Program-made: the position numbers and the translations under genes
Shown: one piece after another, positions 41,578-50,785 of the stretch
Layout: the number at the start of each line of letters is the position of its first letter
How positions within the stretch are numbered: position 1 is the first letter of the stretch
The notes under the pieces: generated by a model
Databases searched by the model: none
What the model was told of the DNA's origin: nothing
Seen by the model: the letters and a program-made list of their open reading frames with translations, nothing else
Virus record (IMG/VR): IMGVR_UViG_3300046694_000296
Coordinates: 1 to 64,000 of that record
Strand: one strand, 5' to 3'
Length of the DNA stretch: 64,000 nt

Positions 41578-41650
41578 GCGCCAAGACGCGACCGTTAGAC
41601 TTTTGTCTATCGAATTAAAACCGTTGTTTTTTCTCAATAGGGGAATGACC

Positions 41651-43954
41651 ATGCAGGTGAACAATCGTGTCCTCGTGATGCGCGAGGCGATCACCAAAAT
41701 TGTGCCGATGTTAACTCAACGCTCAGTGCGCGTGACGCAGCAAGGCACGCAAGCATTCGTTGAATACCACGGGACCACGCTGGAGGTGAAGCGCGTCAAC
41801 CTGCCGTATATCCCCGAAGACGCCAGCGACCAACTGCTCGACGCGACGCAGGGCTTCCTCGATCACGAGGTCGGCCACGTCCTGTTCACCGAGCAGCGCT
41901 TTGTGAAAAAGGCCGCGAAGCTCAAGGTCCACTCGCTGCACAACATGGTCGAGGACACGTTCGTCGAGCGGAAGATGGGCGAGAAGTTTCCGGGCTGCGG
42001 CTCGAACCTGACGCGCATGCACGGGTTCTTCCTCACCGAATACATCGACACTCAGCTCGCCGAAAAGCCCGAGCACTCAGCCGCAATCCTGATGGTGGTT
42101 GCGATTCGTGCATGGGCGGGCCAGCCCGCCTTCGTCGACTACATGAAAGACAAGTGGGAGTTGATGAAGGACGTCGTTGACCGTCTCGGTGCCGACTTCC
42201 CGAAGATGGTCCGGGGCGTAGACAGCACCGAGCAGGCGCTCAAGGTCGCGATCGAAGCGAAGAAGCGCCTCGAACCGAAACCGCAGCCGACGCCGCCCGC
42301 GCCGCCGATGACCCCGCCGCCGGCACCGCCCGAGCCGCCGAAGTCGAGCACGCCGCCCGAAGAGCCGCAAGAACCGCAGCAGGGCGGCCAGGGTGACGGC
42401 GAGCCCGACGAGGAAAACGAGAACGACGAGCCGCAGCAGCCCAACGACATGCCGAACTTGGGCGAGCCGGAACCCGAGCAGAGCGCGCCGAGCACCCCGC
42501 AGCCGGAAGGTGACGACGAGGACGACGAACCGAAGGGTGAGGAAGAACAGGAGCCCAACGGTGAGGAGGTTCAGGAGCCGGAACCCGAGCCGACGCCCGA
42601 AGCGGGTGACGAGGAAGACGAGCCCGCACCTGCGCCGAGCAACGAAGCGGGCGATGAGTCCGACGAGGGCGAAGGTGACGACAGCGACGACGAGGATGAA
42701 AACTCGAGCGGTGGCATGTCGGGCGAGGAAGGGGAGAACGACAGCGACGCCGAAGACGAAGGTGCACCGAGCGGCGCGGGTGACGGTCTGCCCGGCGGTG
42801 AGCAGTCTGAGGACAGCGCCGAGAGTGACTCGGGCGACGCAGGTGGTGAGGACGAGAACGGGGCCGGTCAGCAGGACGCGGGCGACCAGCACGGTCACGG
42901 CACGCCGGAAGCAGGGGAGGGCGATCCGACCGGTGGGCGCGATCCGAACGACGATCGCGACTTCATGAAGGAGCTCGAGGACGCTGATATCAAGGAGTTC
43001 GACGAGGCTGCGGCCGAAGCGCTCTCGAAGCAAGCCGTCGAAGCGACCAAGGGCGCGGATTACACCGTGTTCACCCGCGATGAGGACGTGATCGGCGTGC
43101 TCGAAGTGCCGGAGGAGTTCGGGCAAGAGACGGTCACGCACATGCAATCGAAGGTGGACCACATGATCGGCCCGCTCCAGAAAGACCTGCAGCGCGCCAT
43201 TGCTGCCCGCTCGCAAGCAATCTGGACAGGTGGGCACCGGCGCGGCCAGCTGCACGGTGCCTCGCTTGCCCGCGTGCTGACCGGCCGCGAAGACGTGTTC
43301 CGCCAGAAGCAGGTGTCGCGCACGAAAGACGTCGCCGTGTCGCTGCTCGTCGATGGCTCGGGCTCGATGTGGCAGCACGGCAAGATCAAGGTGGCCTCAT
43401 ACGCCGCGTATGCGCTCTCGGCCGTGCTCGACAACATCGGCATCACCAACGAGGTGCTCGCCTTCAGCACGAACGAGTTCAGCTACGGCACGCTCAAAGC
43501 GATGAGCGAGGAGGCCAGCCAGCACCGCCTGCGTTACTCGCGGGGCGCCGCACTTGAGATCCGCATCCTCAAGTCGTTTGCTGAGCGCATGACGCCGATC
43601 GTGCGCCGTCGCTTCGCGCTGCTCTCGCAGGGTGATGCAATGATGCAAGAGAACGTCGATGGCGAGAGCGTGCAAATCGCGAACCACCGTCTCCAGCAGC
43701 AGCGCGCGACGCGCAAGGTGATGATGGTGCTCTCGGACGGGATGCCTGCGGTCAACGGGCACCGTGCCCCGATCCTCGCGAAGCACCTCAAAGAGGTCGT
43801 CAAGCAGATCGAGAAGCGCGGCACCGACGTCGTAGCGCTCGGCATTCTCGACCCGTCGGTTAAACAGTTCTACGACCGCGCGCTCGTCCTGAATTCGGTC
43901 GAGGAGCTGCCGTCGCTGGTCATGAAGGAACTTCACCGCCTCCTGGTGCAGTAA
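41651..43954 (+). CDS. CobT-like vWA protein with N-terminal HExxH domain and acidic linker
   Basis: HEVGH at 41864-41878 plus 'NMVED'; about 250-aa Pro/Asp/Glu linker; MIDAS DGSGS and 'VLSDG'. Confidence 0.85.
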   Translation: MQVNNRVLVMREAITKIVPMLTQRSVRVTQQGTQAFVEYHGTTLEVKRVNLPYIPEDASDQLLDATQGFLDHEVGHVLFTEQRFVKKAAKLKVHSLHNMVEDTFVERKMGEKFPGCGSNLTRMHGFFLTEYIDTQLAEKPEHSAAILMVVAIRAWAGQPAFVDYMKDKWELMKDVVDRLGADFPKMVRGVDSTEQALKVAIEAKKRLEPKPQPTPPAPPMTPPPAPPEPPKSSTPPEEPQEPQQGGQGDGEPDEENENDEPQQPNDMPNLGEPEPEQSAPSTPQPEGDDEDDEPKGEEEQEPNGEEVQEPEPEPTPEAGDEEDEPAPAPSNEAGDESDEGEGDDSDDEDENSSGGMSGEEGENDSDAEDEGAPSGAGDGLPGGEQSEDSAESDSGDAGGEDENGAGQQDAGDQHGHGTPEAGEGDPTGGRDPNDDRDFMKELEDADIKEFDEAAAEALSKQAVEATKGADYTVFTRDEDVIGVLEVPEEFGQETVTHMQSKVDHMIGPLQKDLQRAIAARSQAIWTGGHRRGQLHGASLARVLTGREDVFRQKQVSRTKDVAVSLLVDGSGSMWQHGKIKVASYAAYALSAVLDNIGITNEVLAFSTNEFSYGTLKAMSEEASQHRLRYSRGAALEIRILKSFAERMTPIVRRRFALLSQGDAMMQENVDGESVQIANHRLQQQRATRKVMMVLSDGMPAVNGHRAPILAKHLKEVVKQIEKRGTDVVALGILDPSVKQFYDRALVLNSVEELPSLVMKELHRLLVQ

Positions 43955-44089
43955 ATCTTCCCGCAGGTGAATCACTTTGCCTGCATAGGATAGTAAGTGG
44001 TGACTTGACGTAGCCAAGAGTAACCACTTACTATTTCACCTGTAGCGAATCACAACCAATTTTAATTTTTCTCTGCATCGGAGGATTCA

Positions 44090-45301
44090 ATGAGCGATAC
44101 CGGCGACAAGATCTCTTGCCAGGAGTGCGGCGCGCTGACCCACGCGATCCAGTTGCACCTGCCGGAAGCCCACCCGGGCATGACCCTCGCCGACTACCAG
44201 GCGAAGTTTCCCGAAGCACCTGTGCTGTCCGAGCGCGCGAAAGCCGAGCTCGAGCGCCAGCGTGTCGCAAAGGCCGCTGCAGCGCCCGCAGTCACCGCCT
44301 CGATGGCCGGTAGCGCGCTGCCCGCTAACGTGGTCGCGCTGAACCCCGACGGCAAGACGACCGCCGCGATGCACGAGATCTTCGGCTTGGTCGATGGTCA
44401 TGGGAAACCTGTCGCAGCTGCCTTGAGCTCGCGCAAGGAACCCGTGCCGGTCACGATCTTCGCCTCCCCGCGCGACGCCGACATGGTGCCCGAGATCGAC
44501 GCAGGCTTCATTTTCGACATCGAAAACCTGAAGAATGCGCTGATGGCGATCGAGCTCCGCAAGAACCTCTACGTGTGGGGTCACGCCGGCACCGGTAAGA
44601 CGACGCTGATCGAACAGGTCGCGGCGCGCACCGGGCGTCCGGTCATTCGGGTGCAGCACTCGATCGGCACTGAAGAGTCGCACGTCCTCGGTCAGTGGGT
44701 GGTGCGTGGCGGGCAGACCGAGTTCCAGCCGGGCTTGCTCCCGCTCGCGATGCGCAACGGGTGGACCTACCTCGCGGACGAATACGACTTCGGTAACCCC
44801 GCGGTCCTCGCGGTCTACCAGCCGATTCTCGAACCGGGCAAGAGCCTGGTCATCAAGGATGCGCCCGACGAATGGCGCGTCGTGAAGCCGCACGAGAACT
44901 TCCGCTTCGTCGCAACGGGCAACACCAACGGTTCCGGTGACGACACGGGCCTCTATCAGGGCACGCAGATTCAGAACGCCGCGAACTACGACCGTTTCGG
45001 GATGGTCCTCGAAGCCGCCTACATGAAGCCGGAGCTCGAGTCGGCGATTCTCGTGCAGCGCTGCCGGATTCAGAAGAAGAACGCCGACTCGCTGGTCGAT
45101 TTCGCAAACCGCGTGCGCGAAGCCTACAAGAACAAGGAGATCGGCAGCACGATCTCCCCGCGATGCCTGATCGACGCGGCCGACATCGGTCTGCGACGCG
45201 CGAACTGGCGCGCGGGCGTGACGCTCTCCTTCATCAACAAACTCTCTGCGGTAGACCGCGCTGTCGTCGACGGCGTTGCATCGCGCATCTTCGACAAGTA
45301 A
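44090..45301 (+). CDS. CobS/MoxR-like AAA+ ATPase with N-terminal C2H2-like zinc finger
   Basis: CQEC..H...H; GHAGTGKT; 'ADEYD'; 'FRFVATGNT.G', 'DRF'. Confidence 0.9.
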   Translation: MSDTGDKISCQECGALTHAIQLHLPEAHPGMTLADYQAKFPEAPVLSERAKAELERQRVAKAAAAPAVTASMAGSALPANVVALNPDGKTTAAMHEIFGLVDGHGKPVAAALSSRKEPVPVTIFASPRDADMVPEIDAGFIFDIENLKNALMAIELRKNLYVWGHAGTGKTTLIEQVAARTGRPVIRVQHSIGTEESHVLGQWVVRGGQTEFQPGLLPLAMRNGWTYLADEYDFGNPAVLAVYQPILEPGKSLVIKDAPDEWRVVKPHENFRFVATGNTNGSGDDTGLYQGTQIQNAANYDRFGMVLEAAYMKPELESAILVQRCRIQKKNADSLVDFANRVREAYKNKEIGSTISPRCLIDAADIGLRRANWRAGVTLSFINKLSAVDRAVVDGVASRIFDK

Positions 45302-45325
45302 TCGGATAAGTAACAGGTAACTATC

Positions 45326-45964
45326 ATGCAATTGGCCCAATCGACTGTAACGAATGCCCGCACCTCCACGCGCTACGAGGACCACACGGGGATGCTGCAC
45401 AAACTGGCAAAACGCGGCTGGGGCCGGTTGCAGGAGGCAGGGCTCTCCCTGCCTTACGACGACGTGTTCCAGCAGATGTGCGAGTCGTTCGTGAAGTGTC
45501 AGGCGACCTACAAGGCTGACACCGGCTTCACGTTCTCGGCGTATTACGGTCGCTCGATCTGGAACAACTTCAACAAGTGGGCCGAGCGCCAGATCGAGGA
45601 AAAGCACACGCTTGGCCTCGTCTCGGTCGAGTCGCTGTGCGGCGCTGACGATGAAGGGGAGGGCGACGCCTACGAATTCATCGAGCAAGAGGACGAAGAC
45701 GACACGCCCGAAGATCGCCTGGCCGCGCGTCAGGAGAGCCACCGGCTCGCCCGCATGCTCTCGGACGACGCGAAGCGCATGGTGGCGCTGCTCGCGCACC
45801 AGACCCCGGCGCTTGAGCGCTGGATGGAGGAGCGCAACGCCCGGATGCTCAAGAAGACGCATCACATCAATCTGTGGCTGCTCGGCGAGTTCCTCGGTTT
45901 CGACCGCAACAAGACGAGCCGCCTGCGCCTGGAGCTCGAACGCGTCTACGGCGTGGAGCTGTAA
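45326..45964 (+). CDS. Sigma70-family-like factor (region 2 plus C-terminal HTH)
   Basis: 'DDVFQQ...F.K....Y....G.TFSAY....I.N' region-2 pattern; 'LSD..K' and 'LGEFLGFDR..TSRL' region-4-like. Confidence 0.65.
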   Translation: MQLAQSTVTNARTSTRYEDHTGMLHKLAKRGWGRLQEAGLSLPYDDVFQQMCESFVKCQATYKADTGFTFSAYYGRSIWNNFNKWAERQIEEKHTLGLVSVESLCGADDEGEGDAYEFIEQEDEDDTPEDRLAARQESHRLARMLSDDAKRMVALLAHQTPALERWMEERNARMLKKTHHINLWLLGEFLGFDRNKTSRLRLELERVYGVEL

Positions 45965-46578
45965 TGAGCCACCCTAGCTGCTTCGGGCTGCCGTCGGTAT
46001 TCGCGGCCGGCACGCAGACCTGCACGGCGTGCGCCTCCCGCGCGCTATGCGTGCCCGCCTGCTACTCGATGCTCGTGTCGCTCTCCGAGAAGATCGATGT
46101 GGCGGCACCGCTCGCGCAGCTAGAGCGCACGGCCAAGGTTGTGACCGCGCAGTCGATACCCGCGCCCACGGTCGAAACGACGATCGCGGCGCCCGCACCT
46201 GCCGCGGTGCGCGTGAACCTGGAGTGCGGTGCGCGCGAGCAAGAGTTGCTTGCGAGCCTGCCTGTTCGCGCGCAGAAGGTCATGCGCCCGCTTCTGAAGC
46301 GCGGCGGTGACGCACGCGCACGCCTCGCGCTCGCGAAAGGGCAGAACCCCTTCGACGGGCGCGGCCCGCAGTGGTTGCGGCTTGCGGGCGAGAAGCTCCT
46401 CGCCGGCGGCTTCACGAAGGGCGACCTGCGCCGCGCCTACATCAACGAATACGGGTGGTCGGAAGCGACCGCCTTCTCGCGCGTGTCCATCGTGGTGTCG
46501 GTGATTCCGGCGCTGCGTCTGGGCCGCGTCGCGGGCGATACGGTGCTTCGCACGCCAACGCCCGCCCGCGATCATTGA
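45964..46578 (+). CDS. Cys-rich N-domain hypothetical protein
   Basis: CFG...CTAC...C...C; TAATG overlap; possible C-terminal winged helix. Confidence 0.65.
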   Translation: MSHPSCFGLPSVFAAGTQTCTACASRALCVPACYSMLVSLSEKIDVAAPLAQLERTAKVVTAQSIPAPTVETTIAAPAPAAVRVNLECGAREQELLASLPVRAQKVMRPLLKRGGDARARLALAKGQNPFDGRGPQWLRLAGEKLLAGGFTKGDLRRAYINEYGWSEATAFSRVSIVVSVIPALRLGRVAGDTVLRTPTPARDH

Positions 46579-46609
46579 TACATCAACCCATTCACCGCAG
46601 GAGCTCAAG

Positions 46610-49600
46610 TTGAATATCAAGCATCTGCTTTCCGCGAGGTCGGACTTCTCGCTCGGGGAGTCCACGCTGCAGGTCGGCACCCTGATCGAAACCGCGAAGG
46701 CACAGGGTTACGAGACGGTTGCGCTGGTGGACAACATGTCCATCTCCAACATGGTCGCGTTCACGGACAAGGCGAAGAAAGCGGGGATCAAGCCGATCGT
46801 GGGCTGCACGATCCGCATGGTCGACGATCCGACCTACCGCAAGCCGCCGAAGGCGTCGGGCGAGGTCGAGCGTCCGAACCCGCTCGTCATGCTCAAGGTC
46901 TACGCGAAGACCGACGCGGGCCTGCGCAGCCTCATGAAGCTGCTCTCCAAGGGCAACAGCCCGGAATACTTCTACTATCACTCGCGGGTGGGCCTCGAGG
47001 ACGTGCTGCAGCTGGAAGAGTGCGCGGTCGCGACCGGTGACTTCTACGGCCTGTTCCATCACAAGCGGTGGGAGGAGATCGCGTATCGCCTGAGCGAGAA
47101 GTTCGGCCGCGACTTCTGTGTGGAGTTCGTGCCCGGCGCGACGCCGCTGCACAAGACGCTCAACAAGCTCGCGCTCACCTGCCTCGACCGCTTCACCGCG
47201 ACGCCGATCGGCACCTGGCCCGCGCTCTATGCGACCGACGATCAGGCCGACAGCCTCGACGTGCTGCGCGCGATTCTCGGCAACAACAAGATGACCGACC
47301 GGTGGCTGAACAAGCCCTACCTGCGGAACTTCTCGGTGCGCGCGCCGGGCGATCTGGTGAAGGCGCTCGTCGCCGAAGGCTTGCCCGCGAAAGAGATCAT
47401 CAAAGGCAACCAGGCGCTTGTCGATTCGTGCACGTTCGAATTCAAGAAGCTCGACCCGTGCCTGCCGAAGATGGCAGAGGACGAGTTCAAAGCGCTCTGC
47501 GCCGAAGTCGCGAAGGGCTGGGCGCAACGCTTTGCGGCGCCCGTGCTCGGGCACAAGCCGGAACCCGAAGAGCTGCCGCAATACAAAGCGCGGCTCGCCT
47601 ACGAGCTCGACGTGCTCCGCAAAATGGGCTTCTCGGGCTACTTCCTGCTCGTGCAGCACATCGTCCAGTGGAGCAAGCAAAACGGAATTTTGGTCGGTCC
47701 CGGCCGCGGGAGCGTTGGCGGTTCCCTCGTCGCTTACCTGATGGGAATCACGGACGTCGATCCGATCCGCTTCAATCTGCTGTTCGAGCGCTTCATCAAT
47801 CCGGAGCGTCTCGACTTGCCCGACGCCGACCTCGACTTCATGTCCAAGCGCCGGCACGAGGTGATCGATTACATCGCCACTCACTTCGGGCGCGAGAACG
47901 TCGCGGGCGTGTCCAACTACAACACGATGGGCGCCGCGGGCGTGATGCGCGATACGTCGCGTGTCCACGAACTCAACCCGTTCGACTATGCCTGCTCGAA
48001 GCAGATGGAAAAGCAGCACGGGGTGTCGCTCTCGCTGGAGGAGTCGGCCGCGATCGTGCCAGAGATCGACAAGTTCAAGGGCAGCTTCCCGGACATTTGG
48101 AAGCACATGGTGAACCTCGAAGGTGCCGCGCGCGGTCTTGGGCAGCATGCAGCGGGCGTCATCGTCGCGGGCGAGCCGATCGTCAACCGCGCCGTGGTCG
48201 AAACCCGCACGGGCGGGCCGGTCTGCAATTGGGACAAGCGAACGGTCGAGGACTTCGGGCTCATCAAGATGGACATTTTGGGCTTGACTAACCTCGACGT
48301 GATGAAGCTCGCCGCCGACTACATCAAGGAGCGGCACGGCAAGACGATCGACTTCCTGCGGCTGCCGCTCGACGACAAGAAGGTGCTGGAAGCATTCGGG
48401 CGGGGCGACACCACGGGCGTGTTCCAGTTCGAGTCGCCCGGCATGCGCCGGCTCTTGCGTGAGATGGCGCTATCGGGCGCGGTGACGTTCGACGATCTGG
48501 TGGCGGTGGTCGCGCTGTATCGCCCGGGTCCGCTCGACGCGGGTCTGTGCGACGACTACGTGGCGATCAAGCAGGGTTCCAAGCAGCCGTATTACGAGCA
48601 CCCGAACATGGCCCCTGCGCTCAAGGACACCTACGGGGTGATCGTGTATCAGGAGCAGGTGATGCAGATCGCGCGTGACCTGGCGGGCTTCTCGATGGCG
48701 GGCGCCGACCATCTGCGTAAAGCGATGGGTAAGAAGGACAAGGAGAAGATGGCCGAAATGCGCGACAAGTGGGTGGCCGGTTGCGTGTCGCACTCGGGCA
48801 TGACCGAAGGCTCGGCCAATGCGCTCTTCGACAAGATCGAAGTGTTCGCCGGATACGCCTTCAACAAATCGCACTCAGTGGAGTATGCGGTCATCAGCTG
48901 GTGGACGATGTGGCTGAAGGTCAACTACCCGGCCGAATACTTTGCGGCCTCGCTCACTGAGATCGACAAAGAAGAGAAGCGCGAGCCGCTCGTGCAGGAT
49001 GCGCGGCGCATGAGCATGCAGGTGTTGCCGCCCGATATAAACCGGTCAAGCGCCCGGGTAGAGATCGTGGGCGAGGATAAGCTCTACGCCCCGTTCCAGG
49101 CGCTCAAGGGTTTATCCGAGAAGGCGGCAGGCTACATCGTAGACGCACGCATAAAGTGGGGCAAGCCGTTCGCGAACCGCACCGACTTCGACGCCGCAAT
49201 GAAGGCGGCAGGCTACACCGGCCGGCACATCAACCAGGCGGTCAAGGACAAACTCGTGCTGATCGGTGCCTTCGCCGAGTGCGAGGGCGACAAGGTGCCC
49301 GCCATGCACCCCGATCGGCTGAAAAACCGCATCGAGCTACTGCCAGGTTTCACGGTCGATACTGTGAAAGCTGACCGAACGCTTAACGCTGAGCACCTCG
49401 CCTTGCTGCAATTGGTGCGCATCGGTGAGGAGACGCGCTCGTGCGAGAAGTGCTCGCTCAAGGGCGGCTGTCACCCGATGCCGCGCATCGGGAAGACGCC
49501 GAAGTTCATGGTCGTGTCCGACAACCCGAACTGGCAGGAGGAAAAGGCAGGGAAGCTCCTCGAAGGCGATAACGCGAAGCTCGTCATCAACGCGTTGAAG

Positions 49601-49954
49601 GAAGCGGGGCTCTCGGCACAGGACGGGTATTTCACGACGCTCGTGAAGTCCGGCAAGCCGAAGGATCAGAAGACGCTCACGAACGAACAGATCAACGGTT
49701 GCTCCGAATACCTCAAGCGCGAGCTGGAGATTCTCAAGCCGCCGGTGGTCGTGACACTCGGGAGCAACGCGGCGCGCTTCTTTGCGCCGGGCGTGAAGGG
49801 CGGCTCGATGGAGCTCGCGGGCAAGGTCATCTTCGACCCGAAGCTCGACGCCTCGATTGTTTTTGGCATCAACCCGGGGCAGATTTTCCATGACCCGGGC
49901 AAGTATTCCGTTTTGCAAACCGTGGCCGCGAAGGTGGCCGACCTTATCACCTGA
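46610..49954 (+). CDS. dnaE: DNA polymerase III alpha subunit with C-terminal UDG-like domain
   Basis: 'GPGRGSVGGSLVAY', 'FERFINPER..LPDADLDF', 'HAAG', 'KMDILGL', 'GYAFNKSH'; last ~175 aa resemble family-4 UDG. Confidence 0.95.
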   Translation: MNIKHLLSARSDFSLGESTLQVGTLIETAKAQGYETVALVDNMSISNMVAFTDKAKKAGIKPIVGCTIRMVDDPTYRKPPKASGEVERPNPLVMLKVYAKTDAGLRSLMKLLSKGNSPEYFYYHSRVGLEDVLQLEECAVATGDFYGLFHHKRWEEIAYRLSEKFGRDFCVEFVPGATPLHKTLNKLALTCLDRFTATPIGTWPALYATDDQADSLDVLRAILGNNKMTDRWLNKPYLRNFSVRAPGDLVKALVAEGLPAKEIIKGNQALVDSCTFEFKKLDPCLPKMAEDEFKALCAEVAKGWAQRFAAPVLGHKPEPEELPQYKARLAYELDVLRKMGFSGYFLLVQHIVQWSKQNGILVGPGRGSVGGSLVAYLMGITDVDPIRFNLLFERFINPERLDLPDADLDFMSKRRHEVIDYIATHFGRENVAGVSNYNTMGAAGVMRDTSRVHELNPFDYACSKQMEKQHGVSLSLEESAAIVPEIDKFKGSFPDIWKHMVNLEGAARGLGQHAAGVIVAGEPIVNRAVVETRTGGPVCNWDKRTVEDFGLIKMDILGLTNLDVMKLAADYIKERHGKTIDFLRLPLDDKKVLEAFGRGDTTGVFQFESPGMRRLLREMALSGAVTFDDLVAVVALYRPGPLDAGLCDDYVAIKQGSKQPYYEHPNMAPALKDTYGVIVYQEQVMQIARDLAGFSMAGADHLRKAMGKKDKEKMAEMRDKWVAGCVSHSGMTEGSANALFDKIEVFAGYAFNKSHSVEYAVISWWTMWLKVNYPAEYFAASLTEIDKEEKREPLVQDARRMSMQVLPPDINRSSARVEIVGEDKLYAPFQALKGLSEKAAGYIVDARIKWGKPFANRTDFDAAMKAAGYTGRHINQAVKDKLVLIGAFAECEGDKVPAMHPDRLKNRIELLPGFTVDTVKADRTLNAEHLALLQLVRIGEETRSCEKCSLKGGCHPMPRIGKTPKFMVVSDNPNWQEEKAGKLLEGDNAKLVINALKEAGLSAQDGYFTTLVKSGKPKDQKTLTNEQINGCSEYLKRELEILKPPVVVTLGSNAARFFAPGVKGGSMELAGKVIFDPKLDASIVFGINPGQIFHDPGKYSVLQTVAAKVADLIT

Positions 49955-49970
49955 CACTCAAGGAACAAAC

Positions 49971-50639
49971 ATGAGCACCGATACGCTCTCGATCGAAGAA
50001 ATGGCTGCCCTCGTCGGCGACCTGGAGAACCCGCCCGTCGCCGGCGCGAACGCCGCAGTGACCACGCCCACCGTAGCGGCTGCCGCCAATGCGCCGGCCG
50101 CCACCACAGCGCCGGCGCCCGCGGTCACGAAGTCGGGCCTGAAGGTCTTCGTGGACGTGGCGCAGCTCAAGAAGGATCTGCAGGTCAACCCGAACGATCT
50201 GGACGATGCGGTCATCAGCCAGGCACCGATGTTCGTGCATTACGCGCAGCAAGCCGCGTATGCGCGCCGCCAGTATGAGAAGGCGAAGCTCGCGGCCGAC
50301 ATCCTCGAAAGCCAGCTCGATAGTGCCTGGCGCAAGAAGCTCGCGGAAGACGGCGGCAAGGTGACCGAGAAGATGGTCGAGAACGCCGTCAAAGCGGACC
50401 CGCGCTATGCCAACGCGCAGAACCAGATCATCGAGGCGCGCGCGCTTTTCGACATCGCCAACGATGCGCGCGAAGCCTACATGCAGCGCAAGGACATGAT
50501 CGTGCAGGTGTCGGTCGATCGCCGTCGCGAGCGTGAAGGGCAGCTGCGCATCCTCGCCGCGAAGGAAGGCGAGAACGCTGTGCAGTCGGGCCGCGAAGCC
50601 GCGCTCGCCGCCGAAGCCGCTCGCCGCCAAGCCGCCTGA
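49971..50639 (+). CDS. UvsY-like helical recombination mediator (tentative)
   Basis: All-helical 'L.....P....Y......A......K......TEK.VE..V..DP.Y' pattern; next to SSB. Confidence 0.5.
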   Translation: MSTDTLSIEEMAALVGDLENPPVAGANAAVTTPTVAAAANAPAATTAPAPAVTKSGLKVFVDVAQLKKDLQVNPNDLDDAVISQAPMFVHYAQQAAYARRQYEKAKLAADILESQLDSAWRKKLAEDGGKVTEKMVENAVKADPRYANAQNQIIEARALFDIANDAREAYMQRKDMIVQVSVDRRREREGQLRILAAKEGENAVQSGREAALAAEAARRQAA

Positions 50640-50785
50640 AGGATCTTTCAACCTTTTCGAGGTCCGGTAAGTGACGCGTTACTATACTTGACGATGCAGG
50701 GCGAGACGGTGACGAAGCTGTCACAGCCTCGTCCGCAAAACCTGTGACTTACTACCTCCAAACTCTGACTAAGGAAACAAAAACC

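Noticed and set aside
41651-45301. cobT/cobS as auxiliary cobalamin biosynthesis genes
   Set aside because: No cobN or other pathway genes; the architecture fits a generic MoxR/vWA pair
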